Below the pieces are notes generated by a model, which had not been told where the DNA came from, did not search any database, and saw only the letters and a program-made list of their open reading frames with translations. The position numbers and the translations under genes were made by a program. DNA of 64,000 nucleotides from Nemertoderma westbladi (taxonomy: Eukaryota; Animalia; Xenacoelomorpha): assembly GCA_032718475.1 (NCBI GenBank), contig JAUCBJ010009115.1, positions 1-64,000 of the forward strand. Direction: 5' to 3'. Positions within the stretch are counted from its first letter, which is position 1. Each line of letters opens with the position of its first letter. Below are positions 23,520 to 35,800 of the stretch, one piece after another.

Positions 23520-25602
23520 ACTTAAAAGGATAAATTTAAATTACATTATTCAATATAGGGAACACTAATGACACAATTGAAGATAGAAATATACCTACAA
23601 TAAATATATTTACTAAACTTATTGTAAATTAACCTAAGTAAATTGATTGAAATGTAGTAATGATTAAAAATTAACATTTTATAACGAAATATATTAATAT
23701 ATAAAATAAATGAATTAAAATTAAAAGAGATGGGTTGTGATTAAAAGCAATAAAGTGAAGTATATTAACAAAAAAGGATAAAAACAAATTAATAGAGATA
23801 AAAATAAAAAAGAGGCGGGATAAAAAATAAATAAAATACTATTAATTAATTAATCGATGATGTCGCAGAGACCTGCAGAGGGAGAGTCTATGGTCCCCAG
23901 TATGGAGGCGGCATTCCCGATTAATATCGCGATTAGGATCCGTTGTTGGAGGAATCGGTGACACCTGGGCTCCATGGTAACGGCGTGGATCCTCTGGCCT
24001 ATTTCCTTGAGGAAGCTGGTGGTTTCGGGGCCGGGCTGTCCGAACGTTTCAAATGCCACCGGGTGAAATATATAGCCCTTTTTCACAAGCTCGTCATATT
24101 TTTTGGATTTCGCTGCCTTAGGTGCCACTCGTCCGCCAGCAGACTGGCTTGTAGCGCGGTGACTGGGTGCAAGTGGGTCCCATATGGTGGCATCCCAGGC
24201 GAGCAGGCGACCATGACTCCACGGGATAAGGGTAACACCATCCACCCGTTTACTGCTCCCATCTCTACAGAGCCCAGGTGGTTCCAAGAGGCAGGGGACT
24301 CCACTGCTGGCCAGAGATCTTTTAATTATGTCGTTGACCATGGTATGTCTCGGATGTCGGCCTGCCCTACGCTTGCAGGATAAATCATGCAGACCGTCTG
24401 ACTCGACCTGCCTACCACATAGTACACAGTAATGGGGTTCTGTAACCATGCATCCCAGGCGGGTGGCGATGGAGAGCCGGAACTGTGTGTTGTTGAGTTT
24501 CAACCCTAGGGAAGAGGCTGGGACTGCATCTAACCAACAACCTGCTACACTCGAGTTTAAGGAGTTTAGACGGGCGACGTCGACTGGGGAGGATGAAGAG
24601 TGGAGTCTGTTCCAAGTTTCCTCGAAGATGGGCCTCATCCATGCGCTCTGTTGGGTGGAATTGGGGGATGGAGTGGGTTTACCATCAGGGACCATCGATT
24701 TCCACTGCTCCAGTGCTTGAGATGTCATGGGGTCTAAGGGGGTCTCCTTTTGCTTGAGGAGGCGCCCTGCCAGACTAGAACTAGCAGCCGCGGAAGCCAG
24801 GAAGGCGGAAGGTGCAAGCTGTATAGCACTAGTGAGGCCGAGGCCACCTATGCGGGCGGGGAGGCCAGCTTTTAACCATGCACGGTCATCGATTACAGCG
24901 TTTGCAACCTCACGGAGAGCATCTCTGATGGTTTGGTCGAACTTAGCGAGGATATCCGGTTTCGTGAAGCATGGTGCTGTGCGAAGGAAGTACAGTAGGT
25001 TAGTTAGTCTGGGAATTAAAAAAGAATGTTTTAGGAGGTAGAAGGCATGGTGGGCGTCGATGTGTGGAAGCCGTGATGTTTGCGTAGTCAGGTCGTTAAC
25101 CTTATCCTGCAGACATGTCGCAATGGCAGCATTACCAATCGGTGCACCCAACCTCGTTAGTTCATCCAGGGGGAGAGTCTTCAACCCAGAACAAACCTCT
25201 TGGAACGCACTTTGGATGGCAGTCTGTATTTCCTCCGACTCAGCATCAAGGTAAAAGAGCTCGCACTTGGAAGGTTTGATCTCGAGACCACACTTCTTTC
25301 CCTTGGAGATTATACGCTTGAGGTCATTGAGGACTACCCGGAAGTCACCGCCAAGGTTGCCATCATCGAGGTACCAGATATTAATCCTGGAATCAACAGA
25401 CTGTATGAATGTGTTGATGGTGTCCCCGAATAACTTTGGCCCATCTGTATCTCCCTGTACCTTCATCTGAGAGTATGACGTCCTCTGTCCTACAGTTTAA
25501 GAGGAAGCTCGGCTCACCATATGCAGACAGGGTGTAATTGTAGATTGTAGGGTAAGTCTGGTAGATGGTCTCTAGCATGGTCTCTAGCATGGTCTCTAGC
25601 AT
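23520..25602 (-). mobile_element. 5'-truncated CRE-clade non-LTR retrotransposon (RT + CCHC + restriction-like endonuclease); ORF 23850-25466
   Basis: Motifs SAYGEPSFL, frameshifted QGD..GP, WYLDDG, LPARIGGLGL, CVLC-x8-H-x3-C, RH..VNDII, EP, RVDG...WD, KKY and VAFETFG. T-rich 3' UTR on the minus strand whose end is approximate. Confidence 0.85.
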
Positions 25603-25699
25603 GAGCTAACCTCGTTCCAATAATAGTTTCTAAATGTCGTTCCAATTTTATTTTAGCGAGTGGATTGCGGTACACTGCGCTCGTATTGCTGCAGTAGTA

Positions 25700-26120
25700 T
25701 AGTATTTATTTTGGGCGATTATGTATTTATGTAAAAAAATGTATTTTTTTAGGGGGAAAATGTATTTATTTAGGGCTAAAATGTGTTTGTTTTGGGGGTA
25801 AATGTAGTTATTTTGGGCTAAAATGTATCTGGTTTGGGGGAAAATGTATTTGTTTTGGTGGAAAACGTATTTATTTTGTGCCAAAATGTATTTGTTTTGG
25901 GGGAAAATGTATTTCTTTTGGGAAAATTTTGTTTTGGGGAACACTTATATATTTTGGTATTTAATAATTGGTTTTGGTGTTGAATAATTTTTTTTGGTTT
26001 TGAAAAATTTATTTTGGTGTTTGAATTATTTTATTTGGGGTTGAATAATATTTTTGGGGTCACATTATTTAATTTGGTATAAAATAATTTTTTTTGGTGA
26101 AATTTTCATCAATTTTGGGA
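25700..26120. repeat. Degenerate T-rich tandem repeat of about 21 bp
   Basis: Recurrent AAAATGTATTT(A/G)TTTTGGG units, seen as the 7-aa FPQNKYI periodicity of the minus-strand ORF, decaying rightwards. Confidence 0.7.
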
Positions 26121-26241
26121 TGACTTTAATTGGTAGCCTTTATAATATAAAATAAAAAAATACACACCGTAGTAGAAGTTAACATACTATATTTAGGAAA
26201 TTTGGGGGAAATACAAAATTGAAATTAACATATATTTTTAG

Positions 26242-26397
26242 GAGATTCACAGGAAACACAATGTTGAAATGAACACTATCAAGAAAGAAGAGGCTGCAAA
26301 ATATAACCAACAGTTGTGGGAATTAAAAACTCGTCTACACGAAGATAAACTCGCAGAATTAGAAGCTCAGAAGGATGCAATGACAATGCGATTCCAG
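26242..26397 (+). CDS. JAKMIP-like: JAKMIP-family-like protein, coding exon 2
   Basis: tttag|EIHRKHNVEMNTIKKEEAAKYNQQLWELKTRLHEDKLAELEAQKDAMTMRFQ|gtttgt. ELKTRLHEDKLAEL matches recalled JAKMIP1 ELKAKLHEEKTKEL. Confidence 0.88.
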
Positions 26398-26563
26398 GTT
26401 TGTGTTTCTCATTTTTTAGTTTTATAATAAACTTCTAAGATGTTACTAAAATGACTGCAGTAAATAGGCAGTAGAGTAGCCTATGCCTACTTTTCCTTGA
26501 GTGACGATACTGTATAAGGCAAATAATTCCCCAACGGCAAAGCGAATATATTCTTCATCCGAT

Positions 26564-26650
26564 TGGTTTTAGCTCAGTGGTCATAGACACACACCTCCGG
26601 CTGATGAGCCAGAAGTTTGAAACCTAGGTACCGGGTTCGAACCCCAATTG
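26564..26650 (+). mobile_element. tRNA-derived SINE head (Pol III A and B boxes)
   Basis: TAGCTCAGTGG at 26570-26580 and GGTTCGAACCC at 26634-26644. No convincing cloverleaf or acceptor stem. Confidence 0.55.
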
Positions 26651-26723
26651 ATTTGATAGCTTCATCATAGGTACCATTATAATATTATATTATTAAAGTT
26701 TCAAATACTCGTGTTAACCGCAG

Positions 26724-26848
26724 GTTGAGTTGGAGAAACTTGTGAGGGACAAGGAACACGAACTGAGCGAAGTTTATTCGAGTATTCTACAAGGGAGAGA
26801 GGAGACCGTAGCTCAGCTGAAAGGAGTTATGTGGAGAGAAGCGACTGA
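26724..26848 (+). CDS. JAKMIP-like: JAKMIP-family-like protein, coding exon 3
   Basis: ccgcag|VELEKLVRDKEHELSEVYSSILQGREETVAQLKGVMWREAT+GA|gttagt. Phase 2, completed by the first base of exon 4. Confidence 0.85.
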
Positions 26849-26877
26849 GTTAGTTTACTAATAAGTTTATTTTACAG

Positions 26878-29800
26878 CGCATAGTGGGATAGGTACAGTA
26901 GTTAATGACTTAGGAATAAAACCCTAGTAAAACAGTAAAACACTAGTAAAACAGTAAAACACTAGTAAAACAGTAAAACACTAGTAACACAGTAAAACAC
27001 TAGTAAAACACTAGTAAAACAGTAAAACACTAGTAAAACATTAAAACACTAGTAAAACAGTAAAACTCTCGTAAAAAAGTAAAACACTAGTAACACAGTA
27101 AAACACTAGTAAAACAGTAAAACACTAGTAAAACATTAAAACACTAGTAAAACAGTAAAACTCTCGTAAAAAAGTAAAACACTAGTAACACAGTAAAACA
27201 CTAGTAAAACAGTAAAACACTAGTAAAACATTAAAACACGAGTAAAACAGTAAAACACGAGTAAAACAGTAAAACACTAGTAAAACAGTAAAACACTAGT
27301 AAAACATTAAAACACTAGTAAACAATAAAACACTAGTAAACATTAAAACACGAGTAAAACAGTAAAACACTAGTAAAACAGTAAAACGGTAGTAAAACAG
27401 TAAAACACTAGTAACACAGTAAAACACTAGTAAAACAGTAAAACACTAGTAAAACAGTAAAACACTAGTAAAACAGTAAAACACTAGTAAAACAGTAAAA
27501 CACTAGTAAAACAGTAAAACACTAGTAAAACAGTAAAACACTAGTAAAACAGTAAAACACTAGTAACACAGTAAAACACTAGTAACACAGTAAAACACTA
27601 GTAAAACAGTAAAACACTAGTAAAACAGTAAAACACTAGTAAAACAGTAAAACACTAGTAAAACAGTAAAACACGAGTAAAACAGTAAAACACGAGTAAA
27701 ACAGTAAAACACTAGTAAAACAGTAAAACACTAGTAAAACATTAAAACACTAGTAAACATTAAAACACGAGTAAAACAGTAAAACACTAGTAAAACAGTA
27801 AAACACTAGTAAAACAGTAAAACACTAGTAACACAGTAAAACACTAGTAAAACAGTAAAACACTAGTAAAACATTAAAACACTAGTAAAACATTAAACAC
27901 TAGTAAAACAGTAAAACATTACAACACTAGTAAAACTTAAAACACTAGTAAAACATTAAAACACTAGTAAAACATTAAAACACTAGTAACACAGTAAAAC
28001 ACTAGTAAAACAGTAAAACACTAGTAAAACATTAAAACACTAGTAAAACATTAAACACTAGTAAAACAGTAAAACATTACAACACTAGTAAAACATTAAA
28101 TCACTAGTAAAACATTAAATCACTAGTAAAACATTAAAACACTAGTAAAACAGTAAAACACTAGTCAAACAGTAAAACACGAGTAAAACAGTAAAACACG
28201 AGTAAAACAGTAAAACACTAGTAAAACAGTAAAACACTAGTAAAACAGTAAAACACTAGTAAAACAGTAAAACACTAGTAACACAGTAAAACACTAGTAA
28301 AACATTAAAACACTAGTAAAACATTAAACACTAGTAAAACAGTAAAACACTAGTAAAACAGTAAAACACTAGTAAAACATTAAAACACTAGTAAAACATT
28401 AAACACTAGTAAACATTAAAACACTAGTAAAACATTAAAACACTAGTAAACATTAAAACACGAGTAAAACAGTAAAACACTAGTCAAACAGTAAAATACT
28501 AGTAAAACATTAAAACACTCGTAAACATTAAAACACGAGTAAAACAGTAAAACACTAGTAAAACAGTAAAACACTAGTAAAACAGTAAAACACTAGTAAC
28601 ACAGTAAAACACTAGTAAAACACTAGTAAAACAGTAAAACACTAGTAAAACATTAAAACACTAGTAAAACAGTAAAACACTAGTAACACAGTAAAACACT
28701 AGTAACACAGTAAAACACTAGTAAAACAGTAAAACACTAGTAAAACAGTAAAACACGAGTAAAACAGTAAAACACGAGTAAAACAGTAAAACACTAGTAA
28801 AACAGTAAAACACTAGTAAAACATTAAAACACTAGTAAACATTAAAACACGAGCAAAACAGTAAAACACTAGTAAAACATTAAAACACTAGTAAAACATT
28901 AAACACTAGTAAAACAGTAAAACATTACAACACTAGTAAAACTTAAAACACTAGTAAAACATTAAAACACTAGTAAAACAGTAAAACACTAGTAACACAG
29001 TAAAACACTAGTAAAACAGTAAAACACTAGTAAAACATTAAAACACTAGTAAAACATTAAACACTAGTAAAACAGTAAAACATTACAACACTAGTAAAAC
29101 ATTAAATCACTAGTAAAACATTAAAACACTAGTAAAACAGTAAAACACTAGTCAAACAGTAAAACACGAGTAAAACAGTAAAACACGAGTAAAACAGTAA
29201 AACATTACAACACTAGTAAAACTTAAAACACTAGTAAAACATTAAAACACTAGTAAAACATTAAAACACTAGTAACACAGTAAAACACTAGTAAAACAGT
29301 AAAACACTAGTCAAACAGTAAAATACTAGTAAAACAGTAAAACACTAGTAAAACAGTAAAACACTAGTAAAACATTAAAACACTAGTAAACAATAAAACA
29401 CTAGTAAACATTAAAACACGAGTAAAACAGTAAAACACTAGTAAAACAGTAAAACGGTAGTAAAACAGTAAAACACTAGTAACACAGTAAAACACTAGTA
29501 AAACAGTAAAACACTAGTAAAACAGTAAAACACTAGTAAAACAGTAAAACACTAGTAAAACAGTAAAATACTAGTAAAACATTAAAACACTCGTAAACAT
29601 TAAAACACGAGTAAAACAGTAAAACACTAGTAAAACAGTAAAACACTAGTAAAACAGTAAAACACTAGTAACACAGTAAAACACTAGTAAAACACTAGTA
29701 AAACAGTAAAACACTAGTAAAACACTAGTAAAACAGTAAAACACTCGTAAACATTAAAACACGAGTAAAACAGTAAAACACTAGTAAAACAGTAAAACAC

Positions 29801-32800
29801 TAGTAAAACAGTAAAACACTAGTAACACAGTAAAACACTAGTAAAACACTAGTAAAACAGTAAAACACTAGTAAAACATTAAAACACTAGTAAAACAGTA
29901 AAACTCTCGTAAAAAAGTAAAACACTAGTAACACAGTAAAACACTAGTAAAACAGTAAAACACTAGTAAAACAGTAAAACACGAGTAAAACAGTAAAACA
30001 CGAGTAAAACAGTAAAACACTAGTAAAACAGTAAAACACTAGTAAAACATTAAAACACTAGTAAACATTAAAACACGAGTAAAACAGTAAAACACTAGTA
30101 AAACATTAAAACACTAGTAAAACATTAAACACTAGTAAAACAGTAAAACATTACAACACTAGTAAAACTTAAAACACTAGTAAAACATTAAAACACTAGT
30201 AAAACAGTAAAACACTAGTAACACAGTAAAACATTAGTAAAACAGTAAAACACTAGTAAAACATTAAAACACTAGTAAAACATTAAACACTAGTAAAACA
30301 GTAAAACATTACAACACTAGTAAAACATTAAATCACTAGTAAAACATTAAAACACTAGTAAAACAGTAAAACACTAGTCAAACAGTAAAACACGAGTAAA
30401 ACAGTAAAACACGAGTAAAACAGTAAAACATTACAACACTAGTAAAACTTAAAACACTAGTAAAACATTAAAACACTAGTAAAACATTAAAACACTAGTA
30501 ACACAGTAAAACACTAGTAAAACAGTAAAACACTAGTCAAACAGTAAAATACTAGTAAAACAGTAAAACACTAGTAAAACAGTAAAACACTAGTAAAACA
30601 TTAAAACACTAGTAAACAATAAAACACTAGTAAACATTAAAACACGAGTAAAACAGTAAAACACTAGTAAAACAGTAAAACGGTAGTAAAACAGTAAAAC
30701 ACTAGTAACACAGTAAAACACTAGTAAAACAGTAAAACACTAGTAAAACAGTAAAACACTAGTAAAACAGTAAAACACTAGTAAAACAGTAAAACACTAG
30801 TAAAACAGTAAAACACTAGTAAAACAGTAAAACACTAGTAAAACAGTAAAACACTAGTAACACAGTAAAACACTAGTAACACAGTAAAACACTAGTAAAA
30901 CAGTAAAACACTAGTAAAACAGTAAAACACTAGTAAAACAGTAAAACACTAGTAAAACAGTAAAACACGAGTAAAACAGTAAAACACGAGTAAAACAGTA
31001 AAACACTAGTAAAACAGTAAAACACTAGTAAAACATTAAAACACTAGTAAACATTAAAACACGAGTAAAACAGTAAAACACTAGTAAAACAGTAAAACAC
31101 TAGTAAAACAGTAAAACACTAGTAACACAGTAAAACACTAGTAAAACAGTAAAACACTAGTAAAACATTAAAACACTAGTAAAACATTAAACACTAGTAA
31201 AACAGTAAAACATTACAACACTAGTAAAACTTAAAACACTAGTAAAACATTAAAACACTAGTAAAACATTAAAACACTAGTAACACAGTAAAACACTAGT
31301 AAAACAGTAAAACACTAGTAAAACATTAAAACACTAGTAAAACATTAAACACTAGTAAAACAGTAAAACATTACAACACTAGTAAAACATTAAATCACTA
31401 GTAAAACATTAAATCACTAGTAAAACATTAAAACACTAGTAAAACAGTAAAACACTAGTCAAACAGTAAAACACGAGTAAAACAGTAAAACACGAGTAAA
31501 ACAGTAAAACACTAGTAAAACAGTAAAACACTAGTAAAACAGTAAAACACTAGTAAAACAGTAAAACACTAGTAACACAGTAAAACACTAGTAAAACATT
31601 AAAACACTAGTAAAACATTAAACACTAGTAAAACAGTAAAACACTAGTAAAACAGTAAAACACTAGTAAAACATTAAAACACTAGTAAAACATTAAACAC
31701 TAGTAAACATTAAAACACGAGTAAAACATTAAAACACTAGTAAAACATTAAAACACTAGTAAACATTAAAACACGAGTAAAACAGTAAAACACTAGTCAA
31801 ACAGTAAAATACTAGTAAAACATTAAAACACTCGTAAACATTAAAACACGAGTAAAACAGTAAAACACTAGTAAAACAGTAAAACACTAGTAAAACAGTA
31901 AAACACTAGTAAAACAGTAAAACACTAGTAACACAGTAAAACACTAGTAAAACACTAGTAAAACAGTAAAACACTAGTAAAACATTAAAACACTAGTAAA
32001 ACAGTAAAACTCTCGTAAAAAAGTAAAACACTAGTAACACAGTAAAACACTAGTAAAACAGTAAAACACTAGTAAAACAGTAAAACACGAGTAAAACAGT
32101 AAAACACGAGTAAAACAGTAAAACACTAGTAAAACAGTAAAACACTAGTAAAACATTAAAACACTAGTAAACATTAAAACACGAGTAAAACAGTAAAACA
32201 CTAGTAAAACATTAAAACACTAGTAAAACATTAAACACTAGTAAAACAGTAAAACATTACAACACTAGTAAAACTTAAAACACTAGTAAAACATTAAAAC
32301 ACTAGTAAAACAGTAAAACACTAGTAACACAGTAAAACACTAGTAAAACAGTAAAACACTAGTAAAACATTAAAACACTAGTAAAACATTAAACACTAGT
32401 AAAACAGTAAAACATTACAACACTAGTAAAACATTAAATCACTAGTAAAACATTAAAACACTAGTAAAACAGTAAAACACTAGTCAAACAGTAAAACACG
32501 AGTAAAACAGTAAAACACGAGTAAAACAGTAAAACATTACAACACTAGTAAAACTTAAAACACTAGTAAAACATTAAAACACTAGTAAAACATTAAAACA
32601 CTAGTAACACAGTAAAACACTAGTAAAACAGTAAAACACTAGTCAAACAGTAAAATACTAGTAAAACAGTAAAACACTAGTAAAACAGTAAAACACTAGT
32701 AAAACATTAAAACACTAGTAAACAATAAAACACTAGTAAACATTAAAACACGAGTAAAACAGTAAAACACTAGTAAAACAGTAAAACGGTAGTAAAACAG

Positions 32801-35800
32801 TAAAACACTAGTAACACAGTAAAACACTAGTAAAACAGTAAAACACTAGTAAAACAGTAAAACACTAGTAAAACAGTAAAACACTAGTAAAACAGTAAAA
32901 TACTAGTAAAACATTAAAACACTCGTAAACATTAAAACACGAGTAAAACAGTAAAACACTAGTAAAACAGTAAAACACTAGTAAAACAGTAAAACACTAG
33001 TAACACAGTAAAACACTAGTAAAACACTAGTAAAACAGTAAAACACTAGTAAAACACTAGTAAAACAGTAAAACACTCGTAAACATTAAAACACGAGTAA
33101 AACAGTAAAACACTAGTAAAACAGTAAAACACTAGTAAAACAGTAAAACACTAGTAACACAGTAAAACACTAGTAAAACACTAGTAAAACAGTAAAACAC
33201 TAGTAAAACATTAAAACACTAGTAAAACAGTAAAACTCTCGTAAAAAAGTAAAACACTAGTAACACAGTAAAACACTAGTAAAACAGTAAAACACTAGTA
33301 AAACAGTAAAACACGAGTAAAACAGTAAAACACGAGTAAAACAGTAAAACACTAGTAAAACAGTAAAACACTAGTAAAACATTAAAACACTAGTAAACAT
33401 TAAAACACGAGTAAAACAGTAAAACACTAGTAAAACATTAAAACACTAGTAAAACATTAAACACTAGTAAAACAGTAAAACATTACAACACTAGTAAAAC
33501 TTAAAACACTAGTAAAACATTAAAACACTAGTAAAACAGTAAAACACTAGTAACACAGTAAAACACTAGTAAAACAGTAAAACACTAGTAAAACATTAAA
33601 ACACTAGTAAAACATTAAACACTAGTAAAACAGTAAAACATTACAACACTAGTAAAACATTAAATCACTAGTAAAACATTAAAACACTAGTAAAACAGTA
33701 AAACACTAGTCAAACAGTAAAACACGAGTAAAACAGTAAAACACGAGTAAAACAGTAAAACATTACAACACTAGTAAAACTTAAAACACTAGTAAAACAT
33801 TAAAACACTAGTAAAACATTAAAACACTAGTAACACAGTAAAACACTAGTAAAACAGTAAAACACTAGTCAAACAGTAAAATACTAGTAAAACAGTAAAA
33901 CACTAGTAAAACAGTAAAACACTAGTAAAACATTAAAACACTAGTAAACAATAAAACACTAGTAAACATTAAAACACGAGTAAAACAGTAAAACACTAGT
34001 AAAACAGTAAAACGGTAGTAAAACAGTAAAACACTAGTAACACAGTAAAACACTAGTAAAACAGTAAAACACTAGTAAAACAGTAAAACACTAGTAAAAC
34101 AGTAAAACACTAGTAAAACAGTAAAACACTAGTAAAACAGTAAAACACTAGTAAAACAGTAAAACACTAGTAAAACAGTAAAACACTAGTAACACAGTAA
34201 AACACTAGTAACACAGTAAAACACTAGTAAAACAGTAAAACACTAGTAAAACAGTAAAACACTAGTAAAACAGTAAAACACTAGTAAAACAGTAAAACAC
34301 GAGTAAAACAGTAAAACACGAGTAAAACAGTAAAACACTAGTAAAACAGTAAAACACTAGTAAAACATTAAAACACTAGTAAACATTAAAACACGAGTAA
34401 AACAGTAAAACACTAGTAAAACAGTAAAACACTAGTAAAACAGTAAAACACTAGTAACACAGTAAAACACTAGTAAAACAGTAAAACACTAGTAAAACAT
34501 TAAAACACTAGTAAAACATTAAACACTAGTAAAACAGTAAAACATTACAACACTAGTAAAACTTAAAACACTAGTAAAACATTAAAACACTAGTAAAACA
34601 TTAAAACACTAGTAACACAGTAAAACACTAGTAAAACAGTAAAACACTAGTAAAACATTAAAACACTAGTAAAACATTAAACACTAGTAAAACAGTAAAA
34701 CATTACAACACTAGTAAAACATTAAATCACTAGTAAAACATTAAATCACTAGTAAAACATTAAAACACTAGTAAAACAGTAAAACACTAGTCAAACAGTA
34801 AAACACGAGTAAAACAGTAAAACACGAGTAAAACAGTAAAACACTAGTAAAACAGTAAAACACTAGTAAAACAGTAAAACACTAGTAAAACAGTAAAACA
34901 CTAGTAACACAGTAAAACACTAGTAAAACATTAAAACACTAGTAAAACATTAAACACTAGTAAAACAGTAAAACACTAGTAAAACAGTAAAACACTAGTA
35001 AAACATTAAAACACTAGTAAAACATTAAACACTAGTAAACATTAAAACACGAGTAAAACATTAAAACACTAGTAAAACATTAAAACACTAGTAAACATTA
35101 AAACACGAGTAAAACAGTAAAACACTAGTCAAACAGTAAAATACTAGTAAAACATTAAAACACTCGTAAACATTAAAACACGAGTAAAACAGTAAAACAC
35201 TAGTAAAACAGTAAAACACTAGTAAAACAGTAAAACACTAGTAACACAGTAAAACACTAGTAAAACACTAGTAAAACAGTAAAACACTAGTAAAACATTA
35301 AAACACTAGTAAAACAGTAAAACTCTCGTAAAAAAGTAAAACACTAGTAACACAGTAAAACACTAGTAAAACAGTAAAACACTAGTAAAACAGTAAAACA
35401 CGAGTAAAACAGTAAAACACGAGTAAAACAGTAAAACACTAGTAAAACAGTAAAACACTAGTAAAACATTAAAACACTAGTAAACATTAAAACACGAGTA
35501 AAACAGTAAAACACTAGTAAAACATTAAAACACTAGTAAAACATTAAACACTAGTAAAACAGTAAAACATTACAACACTAGTAAAACTTAAAACACTAGT
35601 AAAACATTAAAACACTAGTAAAACAGTAAAACACTAGTAACACAGTAAAACACTAGTAAAACAGTAAAACACTAGTAAAACATTAAAACACTAGTAAAAC
35701 ATTAAACACTAGTAAAACAGTAAAACATTACAACACTAGTAAAACATTAAATCACTAGTAAAACATTAAAACACTAGTAAAACAGTAAAACACTAGTCAA

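Noticed and set aside
26564-26650. Functional tRNA gene
   Set aside because: A and B boxes are present but there is no consistent cloverleaf or acceptor stem. A SINE head fits better.
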